A stretch of 64,000 bases of DNA from Clostridia bacterium (GTDB lineage Bacteria; Bacillota; Clostridia; Oscillospirales; CAG-272). The notes beneath the pieces are model-generated. The model saw only the letters and a program-made list of their open reading frames with translations. It ran no database searches and had not been told where the DNA came from. Positions 27,912-37,746 of this stretch are shown piece by piece. A program made the position numbers and the translations under genes. The stretch's first letter is position 1. Each line of letters begins with the position of its first letter. The stretch lies in NCBI GenBank assembly GCA_029007295.1, contig JAQXHN010000018.1, forward strand, positions 32,096 through 96,095, read 5' to 3'.

Positions 27912-30252
27912 TTTTCCATGTTTCCGGAGAAGCATTTTCCGGTGCGGAAATTTCCCCGTCGCCCTGGCTTATGATAATACCGTACTTTGAAATAAGATAA
28001 AGAAGCTTACGGTTGTCGGAAACATAAGCGCTCTTTTGTTCCTCGGTGCCGTTTTCATACAATTTTCCGTATGACGCGCACTGTCTCAGATAAAGCCACG
28101 AAGCATAGCTTTCCTCAACTCTGCAATACAATTCGGAATTTCCCTGCGTCTGCGCAAATGCGCCCTCCCAAAGGGCGTCTATTTCCGGCGTCCGTTCATA
28201 AACCTGTTCATAGTTATAGAAGGCTCCGGGCGGCGCATTAAAATTATAGTGCTTATCGTTTGTCAGCTCTTCGATAATTTCGAGATACTGTCTTAAGTAA
28301 AGCTTTTCATCGCCGTAATAGCTGCGGATAAATCCGTTCATAAGGTCAAAGTACTCTTCCTCGGATATATTCGGGTTCTTCATAAGCTGACAGTAGAGAT
28401 AACCGCGAAGTCTTTCAAATTCTCCGGTGGATTTGCTGTGTCCGTTAATAAAGATACCGGTTGTATGGTTGTCGTAGAACAGTTTAATATTCTGACGCAG
28501 TGAATGGAAGGACGGAAGCGGAACCATAGCGTAAGAGAAGTCCGCAACATAATCCCAGATAAACATTTCGCTGCAAATATTACCCCAGGAGGTGATTTGC
28601 TCGTAAATCTGCGAATTCATTTTACAGGAGGTGTCCGAATAATCGTGTGAACCGCAAGCCGCATTTGTGCAGTAGTATAATATTATATTCTTGCAGGGCT
28701 TTGTAACTTTCGGAGCCTTTGTGCAGTAATTATATGCTATGGTAATCAGCTTTTTATCCTTGTATCCCGCATTTTCAAGAGCCTCGGATACTCTGTTGCA
28801 AAGGCGTATTACGGTTGCCGCCCTGGTTCCGTCCTCACGGTATGCAGCCATACAGTTTTCGCACTGACAGTATGAGGTTGAGTCGTTAATTGATAGCCAG
28901 ATTGCGTCCGCTTCGGGTGATTCGTTGAAATATTCAATAGTTTTTTCGATGAAAATCCGAATATTCGATTCGCTTGTCATGCAGGGCATCTGCTGTGCGG
29001 GACCGTACTCGCTTCCTATCCAAAGTCCCTGAGAGTGGATGGCGGACAGAATACTGTAATATCCGTTATTTAACAAACAGGAATTCCATGTGCCTATGCT
29101 CCACGTTTCACGGGACAGGAAAGCGGGCCCGTCTGTGTATTCAAATCCGTCCTCAAGCGCAATCTCGGCCTCCGGTTTGCAGATAATGCAGGAATCCTGA
29201 TAGAAATCGAAGCCGAGGTACTTTTCCGCAAAGTAATATACGGAATAAAAAGTTCCGTATCTGCTTTGTCTGTCCTTTGCTCCGGCAAAGAACAGCTTGT
29301 TGCCCGACACCTTAACCGTAAAGGAAATATCGGAATTCTCGCACAGAGCGGCTCTGTCTATTTCACCGCTTTCACGGTTTGTCTCGCCGATGAGAATTTC
29401 ATATTCGGTTTCCGGCTCGGAGTCGTCTACGATGGGAAGATTATTGCCCGTCGCACGGAAAATGAATTCGCAAAGGCGCGCCGCCGCATTGTATTCCTTC
29501 GCCTTATTCGAAGCGGAATACACTATTGTATATTCAGAGATGTCGTTGCCGTTAACAGTGAGCTTCGCCTCCCCCTCTCGTACATATACCGGGAAGTCAA
29601 AGCTGCAGAAATTTTTCATTATTACGGCTACCGCCGCTCTCGTCGCTCCTGTTTTGGGCGAAATGAGCATTGAGCCGTACTCACCCTTGATACCGGAGAT
29701 AAAGCCGCATTTTACCGCCCATTTTACGGCGGACAGCGCCCATGAGGAAACGGTATCGGCGTCGGCAAAATTGTCCAGGCTGTAATTTTCGCCGTAGGTC
29801 GTGTCATATCCCTTGTATTTGGCATAGGTCTTTAACATTGCAACCATTTCCTGCCTTGTAATCGCCTTTTCCGGCGCAAATCTGCCGTCTCCGACGCCGC
29901 CTACTATGCCGTTTTGATACGCCCATTCAACGGCGCAGAAATACCACTTACCCTTTTCAACGTCGGAAAAGGAGGATACGGTATATTTTGTCCCGTCGAT
30001 TTCTTCCATTGACGCCAACACCGTAACAAGCATCGCCCTTGTCATTGCGTTGTTGGGAGAGAAATGCGTTTTGCTTGTTCCGGCAAACAATTTGTTATCC
30101 TTTACGTAATATACCGCATCGTAATACCATGAGCCCTCGGGCACATCAATAAACCTTTCGGTATTCGATTGGGCAAATGCGCCGAACGGTATTGATGCCG
30201 AGAGCATTATTGCCGCAAGCGCAAGCGTTAAAAAGCGTACGGTTCTCTTCAT
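27901..30252 (-). CDS. S-layer-homology (SLH) domain protein with a DUF4838 / GH20-like catalytic-type domain
   Basis: Signal peptide (…IPFGAFA), three SLH repeats (F.DV....WY..AV.....G...G), then a large domain resembling DUF4838 (GTFYSVYYFAEKYLGFDFY). Confidence 0.8.
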   Translation of the reverse strand: MKRTVRFLTLALAAIMLSASIPFGAFAQSNTERFIDVPEGSWYYDAVYYVKDNKLFAGTSKTHFSPNNAMTRAMLVTVLASMEEIDGTKYTVSSFSDVEKGKWYFCAVEWAYQNGIVGGVGDGRFAPEKAITRQEMVAMLKTYAKYKGYDTTYGENYSLDNFADADTVSSWALSAVKWAVKCGFISGIKGEYGSMLISPKTGATRAAVAVIMKNFCSFDFPVYVREGEAKLTVNGNDISEYTIVYSASNKAKEYNAAARLCEFIFRATGNNLPIVDDSEPETEYEILIGETNRESGEIDRAALCENSDISFTVKVSGNKLFFAGAKDRQSRYGTFYSVYYFAEKYLGFDFYQDSCIICKPEAEIALEDGFEYTDGPAFLSRETWSIGTWNSCLLNNGYYSILSAIHSQGLWIGSEYGPAQQMPCMTSESNIRIFIEKTIEYFNESPEADAIWLSINDSTSYCQCENCMAAYREDGTRAATVIRLCNRVSEALENAGYKDKKLITIAYNYCTKAPKVTKPCKNIILYYCTNAACGSHDYSDTSCKMNSQIYEQITSWGNICSEMFIWDYVADFSYAMVPLPSFHSLRQNIKLFYDNHTTGIFINGHSKSTGEFERLRGYLYCQLMKNPNISEEEYFDLMNGFIRSYYGDEKLYLRQYLEIIEELTNDKHYNFNAPPGAFYNYEQVYERTPEIDALWEGAFAQTQGNSELYCRVEESYASWLYLRQCASYGKLYENGTEEQKSAYVSDNRKLLYLISKYGIIISQGDGEISAPENASPETWKNVG

Positions 30253-30315
30253 TGTTTTTTCCTTTTCGATAAGATAACAGTTAATTCATATGCAAGACGG
30301 ATTTATGAATACCTT

Positions 30316-31974
30316 TTACTCAAGTACGACGCCGCTGTCCCACAGGGGATATATGCTTACAGGCACATTGAATACGCTCAATGTAACATGGATATTTCCG
30401 CCGTCTGTAAATCCGCCGTTGCCCGCGGTTGCGATTTGCTGTCTTGTGGTAACGACATCGCCGATGTTTACCTTAATATCTCCGAGGTGGCAGTAGGTGC
30501 TCATCAAGCCGAAACCGTGGTCTATAACCACCGTTTTACCTGAAAGCGTCTGCTCTCCGACATAGGTTACAATGCCGGAGTTTACCGCATAAACAGGATC
30601 GCCTATGCTTGTCCTGTAGTCGACGCCGTTGTGACGGTAGGTTATTCCCTGCGATGTTACCGAACGGAATATCGCATATCCCGTACGCACAACTCCGTCA
30701 TTGCCGGAAGAGCCGGTTGCGTCCATAAATTTGCCGTCAAAGTATTTGGTTTCCGTCCTTGTCGCATAAACCGCGGCCATGTTGCTGTTGAATTCGTTTA
30801 TTGTAGCCTCGGTTCTTGTCCTGTTCGCAATTTCGGCGGATATATCGGTTGACCTTGACGCAAAGGTCTTTTCGGATACGATAAGCACAAGCGTTGCGTC
30901 TACCCCGTCGGAGCTTACCGAAAACGTGTAATTGGGCGAGTAATCAAGTTCATATGAAACAGGTATAAAAGCTCTGTAGCACGAGCCGTCACGGAAGAAT
31001 ACCGGCGTATAGTTTATACTCGGCTCCGAGGAGAATTTAATGGTGGAAGCGTCCTGTACGTTTTTGATAGTGAGCACGGTAAACTCTCCCGGATTGATTG
31101 CCTTCTGCGAAAGCAGAAATTCCGGTGCGTCGGTAAAGCGAGCCGTAAAATTATAGGTTGCCGTTCCGTAGGAATTGGTTTTTTCCTCATTCTCATGCCA
31201 CTGAGCCGATACGCTTACCGTTATATCGGTATTCGGCTGAATAACCGCCATTCCGATATCTTCGTACATGCCGGAGAATATGTCGCTGCCGTCCGCACCC
31301 TTTATCGCAACGGAAACAAAATCCGGCTGATAGGAAAAGCTCAGCTTCACGCTCTCCGATATCGTGTGGGAGGCCTTGTCGGCTCCGAGCGAGCCTTTTT
31401 TGTATTCGGAGAGACCGTCTCCCACGGTATGGTACACCCAGTCAACGGTATCAAAGGGTATAATATCGCCGTTTGCAAGCGTCATTACCGGCGGATTTGC
31501 GCCGTCAAACAAGGACATCGCCCATTCCGTTTTGAAAAATGCGAGGACATAATCCTGAGGGAGCAAATAACAGTTTTCCTTGTCGTCAAGATAATAGCAT
31601 CCGGCGGCATCGTTAGTAAAGTAGTAACGGTAGGAAAATTCCGTCTGATATTTTTTAAAAACTGCTTTGTAGTAACGCGTTCCCCGAAGCGGCTCCGGAA
31701 GCTCCGATTCAGGCGCAGAGTTTTCGTTCATTTCAAGGAAGAACGCAATCATATTTGATGAAATGCTGTTGTAATCAAGCGCAGTATCGGTTCTTTCAAA
31801 CAGAAACTCCGCCCCGTTAACGTCAACTAATTTCATTTCGCTGACATTATCGGTTGAGATAGGCTTGTTCTTTTCGATATTGTAGCTGACAACGGCGGCA
31901 ACCGTCGGAATAAAAAGCAACAGGGCGAGAAGCACCGCAAGGGCTTTGCGTGTACCGGCATTGCTTGTTTTCAT
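30316..31974 (-). CDS. M23 family metallopeptidase with a large N-terminal extracytoplasmic region
   Basis: N-terminal TM anchor. C-terminal M23 motifs HNGVDYR...GIVTYVG...HGFGLMSTYCHL...NIHVTLSV. Confidence 0.85.
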   Translation of the reverse strand: MKTSNAGTRKALAVLLALLLFIPTVAAVVSYNIEKNKPISTDNVSEMKLVDVNGAEFLFERTDTALDYNSISSNMIAFFLEMNENSAPESELPEPLRGTRYYKAVFKKYQTEFSYRYYFTNDAAGCYYLDDKENCYLLPQDYVLAFFKTEWAMSLFDGANPPVMTLANGDIIPFDTVDWVYHTVGDGLSEYKKGSLGADKASHTISESVKLSFSYQPDFVSVAIKGADGSDIFSGMYEDIGMAVIQPNTDITVSVSAQWHENEEKTNSYGTATYNFTARFTDAPEFLLSQKAINPGEFTVLTIKNVQDASTIKFSSEPSINYTPVFFRDGSCYRAFIPVSYELDYSPNYTFSVSSDGVDATLVLIVSEKTFASRSTDISAEIANRTRTEATINEFNSNMAAVYATRTETKYFDGKFMDATGSSGNDGVVRTGYAIFRSVTSQGITYRHNGVDYRTSIGDPVYAVNSGIVTYVGEQTLSGKTVVIDHGFGLMSTYCHLGDIKVNIGDVVTTRQQIATAGNGGFTDGGNIHVTLSVFNVPVSIYPLWDSGVVLE

Positions 31975-32193
31975 AATTATTTTTTCGGTAAAAGACAGGT
32001 TTACCGAGTCCTTTCGTTTTAATTTAATTTTATAAATACGCTTACATTATACTATTAAATCGTCTTTCGGTCAAGAGATTTGCCGCATATTTTATCTTTC
32101 CTGATTTTACTTATCGCCAAGCTGTTGACTTTATGTTAATGATGTGTTATATTTTATTAGGAATACAATACAATTAGGACGGTATGTTTTGAT

Positions 32194-33615
32194 ATGAAGA
32201 TTAAAACAAAACAGTACTTTAATCTCTTGTTCCAAAGAGTCAGCAAGTTTCTTCATTTCATCATTTGCATCGGAGTATTCGTCCTCTTCGGCTATCTTTT
32301 TTACACAGATATTTTTACCGATGCAACGGCACGTACGTTTATCTGGAACGCTGTTCTTTACGGTGCCGTTTTACTTATTCTATTTAGAACCTACAATGCG
32401 TATTACGTGGGATTTTCAAGAATAGGCGATCTTATCTTTTCTCAGTTTCTGTCACAGCTTTTGTCGCTTTGCTTAGTTTATGCGGCGAACTGCCTGTATG
32501 TTCTTGAGCTGTTCAATCCCCTTATGCTGCTTGTTCTTCTTGCTGTTCAGCTTGTTTTTGATATTATTTGGTGCTTTTTTGCCAATATTATCTATTTTAG
32601 AACTCACAAAAGCCTTAAGACCTGTGTGATTTACGGAAAGGCTTCCGATTTAGACAGGGTCAGCGGAATATTATCAAATTCAAAAAAATTTACCGTATGC
32701 GGCAAAATCAAGGCGTCCGAAACGGACATTGCTTCTCTTACCGAAAAGCTCGGCGAATACCTTTGCATTGTCGTATGCGGAGTCGAAGCTTCTTTGCAGG
32801 ACGACATTGCCGAGTACTGCGTCCGGGAGGGCAAGATCGGATATTTTGCGCCTCATATCGGAGACATTATCATGGCCGGCTCCCCTCATGTACGGGCGTT
32901 TGACGTTCCCGTGCTTTCCGTTAGCAGAAGGACGCCGAAAATAGAATATCTTATTTTAAAGCGAATTTTAGACATTGTCGCTTCAGCTGTCGGAATTATT
33001 ATTTTAAGCCCGTTTATGCTTGTTGTTTCCGTCGCCATTAAGCTTTACGACGGCGGACCCGTTCTCTATAAGCAGACTCGCCTTACCCGAGACGGGGAAA
33101 CCTTCAGAATATGCAAATTCAGAAGCATGCGAACCGATGCGGAAAAGGACGGCGTCGCCCGTCTTGCCACCGAAAACGACGACAGAATTACACCCGTCGG
33201 AAAAATCCTTCGCAAGCTTCGTCTTGACGAGCTCCCCCAGCTTTTTAATATTTTAGGCGGCTCGATGACTATTGTGGGGCCTCGTCCCGAGCGACCCGAG
33301 ATTGCGGAACAATACTACAAGGAGCTGCCCGAATTCAAGCTTCGTCTTCAGGTTAAAGCGGGTCTTACCGGATACGCTCAGGTTTACGGCAAATACAATA
33401 CCGAGCCTTACGACAAATTGCAAATGGATTTAATGTACATAAACAATATGTCCTTCGTTCAGGATTTAAAGCTGATTCTCGCCACCATACGGGTTATTTT
33501 TATGAAGGACAGCACAAGCGGTGTGGAAAAAAATCAGGTTACGGCAATAAAAGCTCGCACCTCGGCAGAGCCCGAAAAGGCCGCAGAAAAAGAAAAAGAA
33601 TTACTCAATATTTAA
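32194..33615 (+). CDS. Polyprenyl glycosylphosphotransferase (WbaP/EpsL-type bacterial sugar transferase)
   Basis: Multi-TM N-terminus. C-terminal 'bacterial sugar transferase' domain (KRILDIV...GPVLYKQTRLTRDGETFRICKFRSM...DELPQLFNIL.GSMTIVGPRPERP). Confidence 0.9.
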   Translation: MKIKTKQYFNLLFQRVSKFLHFIICIGVFVLFGYLFYTDIFTDATARTFIWNAVLYGAVLLILFRTYNAYYVGFSRIGDLIFSQFLSQLLSLCLVYAANCLYVLELFNPLMLLVLLAVQLVFDIIWCFFANIIYFRTHKSLKTCVIYGKASDLDRVSGILSNSKKFTVCGKIKASETDIASLTEKLGEYLCIVVCGVEASLQDDIAEYCVREGKIGYFAPHIGDIIMAGSPHVRAFDVPVLSVSRRTPKIEYLILKRILDIVASAVGIIILSPFMLVVSVAIKLYDGGPVLYKQTRLTRDGETFRICKFRSMRTDAEKDGVARLATENDDRITPVGKILRKLRLDELPQLFNILGGSMTIVGPRPERPEIAEQYYKELPEFKLRLQVKAGLTGYAQVYGKYNTEPYDKLQMDLMYINNMSFVQDLKLILATIRVIFMKDSTSGVEKNQVTAIKARTSAEPEKAAEKEKELLNI

Positions 33616-33628
33616 GGCAGAATAAAAA

Positions 33629-34399
33629 ATGGACGCTCTTGTTTCAGTAATAACTCCGTCATACAATTCGGAAAAATATATCGGAAAAACGATAGAGTCT
33701 GTCATTTCACAAACCTACTCTAACTGGGAAATGATTATCTGTGACGACTGTTCAAAGGACAGAACGGAAGCCATAGTGAAAAGCTATAAGGACGACAGAA
33801 TAAAATTCATAAGGAACGAAAAAAATTCAGGTGCGGCGTATTCGAGAAATAACGCAATAAGAGCAGCCAAGGGTAAATATATCGCATTTGTCGATTCCGA
33901 CGATTTATGGCTGCCGGATAAGCTCGAAAAGCAAATTAACTTCATGCAAGAAAACGATATCGCCTTTTCCTACACGTACTATGACCAAATTAACGAATAC
34001 GGAAGCCCTCTCGGCGTAAGAATTACGGGTCCTAAGAAAATTTCATACAGAAAGATGCTTCGTTGCAACTGGGTGGGAACTCTTACCGCCGTATACGACG
34101 CGGAAAAGGTCGGTCTTATTCAGTGCGTTCCGATTAAGAAGAGAAACGATGTCCCTCTTTGGCTTTGCGTGCTGCACAAAACGGATTATTGCAGATTGCT
34201 TGCGGAGCCGCTGTCCCTTTACAGAGTTGTCAACAATTCCTCAAGCCATTCCTCGAAGCTCGGTATGATCAAATATCATTACAAAGTATTCCGCGTCTGC
34301 GAAAGGTTTAACCCCGTTTCTTCCTTCTTCAAAACCTTAATAAACCTGCCGACCGTCGTATACAAGAAAAAGCGTTACCGTGAAAATATACGGCTATAA
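33629..34399 (+). CDS. Glycosyltransferase family 2
   Basis: VSVITPSYNSEKYI...DDCSKD...DSDD motifs. Confidence 0.9.
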   Translation: MDALVSVITPSYNSEKYIGKTIESVISQTYSNWEMIICDDCSKDRTEAIVKSYKDDRIKFIRNEKNSGAAYSRNNAIRAAKGKYIAFVDSDDLWLPDKLEKQINFMQENDIAFSYTYYDQINEYGSPLGVRITGPKKISYRKMLRCNWVGTLTAVYDAEKVGLIQCVPIKKRNDVPLWLCVLHKTDYCRLLAEPLSLYRVVNNSSSHSSKLGMIKYHYKVFRVCERFNPVSSFFKTLINLPTVVYKKKRYRENIRL

Positions 34400-34891
34400 T
34401 TCAGCCGTTGAATAAAGAATTTCTCCGTTTTTGATTTCAAGTATGCCGTAGGTTGCAAATCGGGCGCCTATACCGCCTACGGTGCCCGGATTAAAGACGT
34501 AGAACGGTTTTTCGAATGCAGTTACATATTTTTCATAAGGCGTGTGGGTGTGCCCGAAAAACGCAATATCGATTTGATTCTCGGCGCAGAAGTATTCGAG
34601 AGTGTCGGGAGAGCTTTTGACAGAATGCCTGTGTCCGTGGCAAAGGTAAATTCGTTTTCCCCCGATATCGAGCGTGCAGGATTCGACCGCATTGCCCGAC
34701 ATTAAGGAAAACACGTCGCAGTTCCCCTTTACCGCCGCACAGCAAATCCCGGGAAACGCCTCCTTCACCCTCTCAAAATCAAGAAGACCGTCGCCGAGAA
34801 AAAAGCAATATTCGGCGTCGGGATGCATTCCGAGCGCCTTTTCCATATTACGGTATTTACCGTGGCTGTCGGAAAAAACAATTATCTTCAT
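34394..34891 (-). CDS. YfcE/MJ0936 family metallophosphoesterase
   Basis: MKIIVFSDSHG...GD...GNCD...HGH...GHTH motif series. Confidence 0.9.
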   Translation of the reverse strand: MKIIVFSDSHGKYRNMEKALGMHPDAEYCFFLGDGLLDFERVKEAFPGICCAAVKGNCDVFSLMSGNAVESCTLDIGGKRIYLCHGHRHSVKSSPDTLEYFCAENQIDIAFFGHTHTPYEKYVTAFEKPFYVFNPGTVGGIGARFATYGILEIKNGEILYSTAEL

Positions 34892-34967
34892 AATAATCCT
34901 TTCAAATTAACAAATTTGCTAAAAACTCATATAATTTAGTGAGAGCCAAAGAAAGAGAGGCTGATAA

Positions 34968-35228
34968 ATGGAGATAAATCAAGATTTGCTAGGAAAGATA
35001 TCGTCGTTAAACGATGACGAGCTTGCAAACGCCGTGAAAACAGTAGGTCAGATGCTCGGAGTAAATCCGAACACGGCAAAAAAATTTTCAAGCAATCCTA
35101 AAGCAATAAGAAAAAAGCTGAACGAAATTTCCGAAAAAGACATAGAGAAAATAAAAAAATCTGTGGGTGAAAATGAAATAGCGAATATTATTTCCGCACT
35201 CGGTTTGTCGGATAAGGGCGGTGAATAA
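34968..35228 (+). CDS. Small hypothetical protein (86 aa), first of a coupled trio
   Basis: AGAGAGG RBS, charged helical sequence, no recognisable motif. Confidence 0.5.
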   Translation: MEINQDLLGKISSLNDDELANAVKTVGQMLGVNPNTAKKFSSNPKAIRKKLNEISEKDIEKIKKSVGENEIANIISALGLSDKGGE

Positions 35229-35553
35229 TACGGAACAGGGCGATTTTTCCTCAATTCTCACTTCCCTTATGTCGAATCCGGAAATGCTGTCAAAAATTAA
35301 AGACGCTGTATCCGGACTTGATTTGGGCATGAACAAAACAGATAAAGCGCACGAAAAAGACAGACCTATCGAAACAACGGCAAACGAATGTCCGTGCGAT
35401 AACAAAGGCCGCTCCGACAACGCTTCAAAAAACAGAAGAAGACTGATTGAAGCGTTAGAACCGTACTTATCAAAAGAAAGATTTGAAAGCGCAAAGCGTC
35501 TTTTGCTTATTTGCGATTTTATCGATGCGGGCGAATGCCTGAAGGGTAGGTAA
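35221..35553 (+). CDS. Small hypothetical protein (110 aa), second of the trio
   Basis: GTG start overlapping the upstream stop by 8 nt. Contains CPC and C..IDAGEC cysteines. Confidence 0.5.
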   Translation: MNNTEQGDFSSILTSLMSNPEMLSKIKDAVSGLDLGMNKTDKAHEKDRPIETTANECPCDNKGRSDNASKNRRRLIEALEPYLSKERFESAKRLLLICDFIDAGECLKGR

Positions 35554-35556
35554 TAT

Positions 35557-35805
35557 ATGTATACCGGACAGTATAACACCTCAAAAAGCTTCATTCCTCC
35601 GTCCTACAGAGGAAATGCATTCACAAGCGTTCCCGATTACCGCAAATACGACAAGGAAGCCGAATGCAATAAAACGATTTTAACCGACAAGTTCGGCAAA
35701 CAGGAGCTTTTGCTCTGCACTCTGATTGTGATACTCGCAGAATCCGGCGCAGATGAGCTTACCGTTATCATGCTTTGCATAATTTTCGCAGTCGGTCTAA
35801 AATAA
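35557..35805 (+). CDS. Small hypothetical protein (82 aa) with a C-terminal hydrophobic segment, third of the trio
   Basis: The ATG lies 3 nt after the upstream stop. The C-terminal LLLCTLIVILAESGADELTVIMLCIIFAVGL could be a membrane hairpin. Confidence 0.5.
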   Translation: MYTGQYNTSKSFIPPSYRGNAFTSVPDYRKYDKEAECNKTILTDKFGKQELLLCTLIVILAESGADELTVIMLCIIFAVGLK

Positions 35806-35940
35806 ATTATACATCGGCGGAGCGTTATTGTCAACAAGCCTTGTATTAGCCCGAATATTCGACTTCGGAGCGAAAAATGCGTTCGCGCCGGCGAAAGCAA
35901 AAAAAGACTGTTGTGTTAAAAAAATAGAGACTGCCGAAGT

Positions 35941-35975
35941 ACGGCGGGCCAAAACGCCCGCCGTTTCGCTTATTT
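35941..35975 (+). terminator. Intrinsic terminator after the small-gene trio
   Basis: ACGGCGGGC-caaaac-GCCCGCCGT hairpin followed by a T-rich tract. Confidence 0.65.
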
Positions 35976-36096
35976 ACCCGGCTGTTTGGCTGACAGGAAA
36001 ATAATTATAATTTTTTCAATATTTTATTTACATTTGCAAGTTGTTGTGGTATAATATTCCGAGTAACAACCAATCTTATTTTAAGGAGATAGAAAA

Positions 36097-37065
36097 ATGA
36101 AAAAGGTGCTTTCATTTGTTTTGCTTTCTTTGATAATTTCATCCTGCTTTGCGCTCTGTTCTTTTGCGGAACAAAAGCACTCAAATCTTCCCAAGGCAAC
36201 CGAGGCTCCGGTTCTCGACGGAAGAATCGGCGACGGAGAATGGGACGAAGCGCTGACCGTTAATATGAACAAGGAAGACGATTCACTCTTTGTTGCGGCA
36301 GGTACGAAGGATACCTTTAACGGCGCACAGGTTAAATTCCTTTGGAACGAAAAAGGAATCTACTTCATGGCAGACGTCAAGGATAACACGGCTCCCATGA
36401 CTCCTCCCCAAAGCGATACGGGAAACTATAACAGCGGAGACGGCGTTCAGTTTAATATTTACACAAAGGCCGATTCCGTAGGGCAGGACGCAGGAACGCT
36501 TCTGTTCTTCTCCTATAATCCCAAAACGGCAGAAGGAAAAGCCTGTGTGGGCGAACACTTTGTCTACGGCAACGGCGTTCAGGGCGGAGCTGTTGAAGGA
36601 GCCGTTATTGAAGCCGACGTCAAGGATGACGGCTACGTAATTGAAGGTCTTATTCCCGCACAAGCCTTTGCGAAGGTTTATCCTCCGCTTGCGTTGAATG
36701 CCGGAATTAAAATTTATATGAATACCGTAATAATGGAAATGGACGATAAGGGCAATCAAAGCTTAATCGCAGACAACGAGTGGTTCGATGCGTCAAAAGC
36801 AACCGAGTATGTTCTGTCTGCCGCTCCGAAGGCAGATACCGAAAAAGCCGCCGATACAGAAGAAGCAGGGGCAAACAAGGAAGTAAAGGATACAACCGAA
36901 CAGGATACAAAGGGCTCAGACTCCGTCGCCCAGGAAACAAAGGATGCGGCTTCCGGAAAAACAGAAAAAGCTTCTTCAAACATATTGATTTACATTCTTA
37001 TCGCATTTGCGGTTGTTATTGCCGCAGCTGCAGGCGTTGTTGTTGCAAAGAAGAAAAGCAAATAA
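36097..37065 (+). CDS. Secreted, C-terminally membrane-anchored protein with a CBM9/DOMON-like sugar-binding domain
   Basis: Signal peptide, then APVLDGRIGDGEWDEA...FLWNEKGIYFMADVKDN (CBM9-like). A K/E/T-rich linker and a C-terminal TM plus KKKSK follow. Preceded by TTTACA-N17-TGgTATAAT. Confidence 0.6.
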   Translation: MKKVLSFVLLSLIISSCFALCSFAEQKHSNLPKATEAPVLDGRIGDGEWDEALTVNMNKEDDSLFVAAGTKDTFNGAQVKFLWNEKGIYFMADVKDNTAPMTPPQSDTGNYNSGDGVQFNIYTKADSVGQDAGTLLFFSYNPKTAEGKACVGEHFVYGNGVQGGAVEGAVIEADVKDDGYVIEGLIPAQAFAKVYPPLALNAGIKIYMNTVIMEMDDKGNQSLIADNEWFDASKATEYVLSAAPKADTEKAADTEEAGANKEVKDTTEQDTKGSDSVAQETKDAASGKTEKASSNILIYILIAFAVVIAAAAGVVVAKKKSK

Positions 37066-37097
37066 ACCGAGTTGAATACTTCAATTTAACCGAATCA

Positions 37098-37144
37098 GTG
37101 TTATTATAACGAAACGCTCGTTTCGTCATAATAACACTTTTTTT
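37098..37144 (+). terminator. Intrinsic terminator
   Basis: Long hairpin GTGTTATTAT..ACGAAACG-ctc-GTTTCGT..ATAATAACAC followed by TTTTTTT. Confidence 0.8.
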
Positions 37145-37245
37145 GGGGAAGAATGCATTTGAAAGCGCATTGCAAAAAAAATCAGCACATCAAAACAAAA
37201 ATGCAAAAACCGCACAACAAAATTTAAAAAAACGGAATAAAATCA

Positions 37246-37274
37246 TTGACAACAGAGTAAAATTGTGATATAAT
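37246..37274 (+). promoter_or_regulatory. Sigma-A type promoter for the tRNA pair
   Basis: TTGACA, exact 17-nt spacer ending in TG, then TATAAT. It lies 14 nt upstream of tRNA-Leu. Confidence 0.75.
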
Positions 37275-37287
37275 GTTACAACAGTTC

Positions 37288-37376
37288 GCCGGAGTGGCGG
37301 AATTGGCAGACGCCCGGGACTTAAAATCCCGTGGGATTAGTTTCCCGTACCGGTTCAAGCCCGGTCTCCGGCACCA
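37288..37376 (+). tRNA. tRNA-Leu (anticodon UAA), CCA encoded
   Basis: Acceptor GCCGGAG/CTCCGGC, anticodon stem-loop CGGGA-CTTAAAA-TCCCG, long variable arm (type II), T-loop TTCAAGC, 3' ACCA. Confidence 0.95.
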
Positions 37377-37525
37377 ATCCCAAACTATATGTCGTCGGCA
37401 AGCGATAATTTATGCTGTAGCTGTTCAGTCAGCTCAGCAGGAATTATTTTATGTGATTTTAAAGCTGATATATAATATTAATAAGCAGAGTATTCATTTT
37501 GCTTGCTTTCGTTCAAATTAAATAT

Positions 37526-37600
<75 letters not shown>

Positions 37601-37607
37601 AAAACTT

Positions 37608-37648
37608 CCGCAAGCCTTTGCTTTTAAGGGTTTGCGGTTTGTTTTTTT
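37608..37648 (+). terminator. Intrinsic terminator after the tRNA operon
   Basis: CCGCAAGCCTTT...AAGGGTTTGCGG imperfect hairpin followed by TTTGTTTTTTT. Confidence 0.7.
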
Positions 37649-37746
37649 AAAAATCTCCGTTTTCGGAGTGACAAACCAAAAAAATTTAATAAAATATTCC
37701 TGACAAGGCTTTTGCGTATCTGCCGCACGCCCTGCTCTTTTTTCAG

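Noticed and set aside
37273-37521. 82-aa ORF in the track spanning the tRNA-Leu gene and the tRNA spacer.
   Set aside because: Its first third is the tRNA-Leu sequence itself, so it is a translation artefact. The 150-nt spacer between the two tRNAs showed no convincing structure or coding signal.
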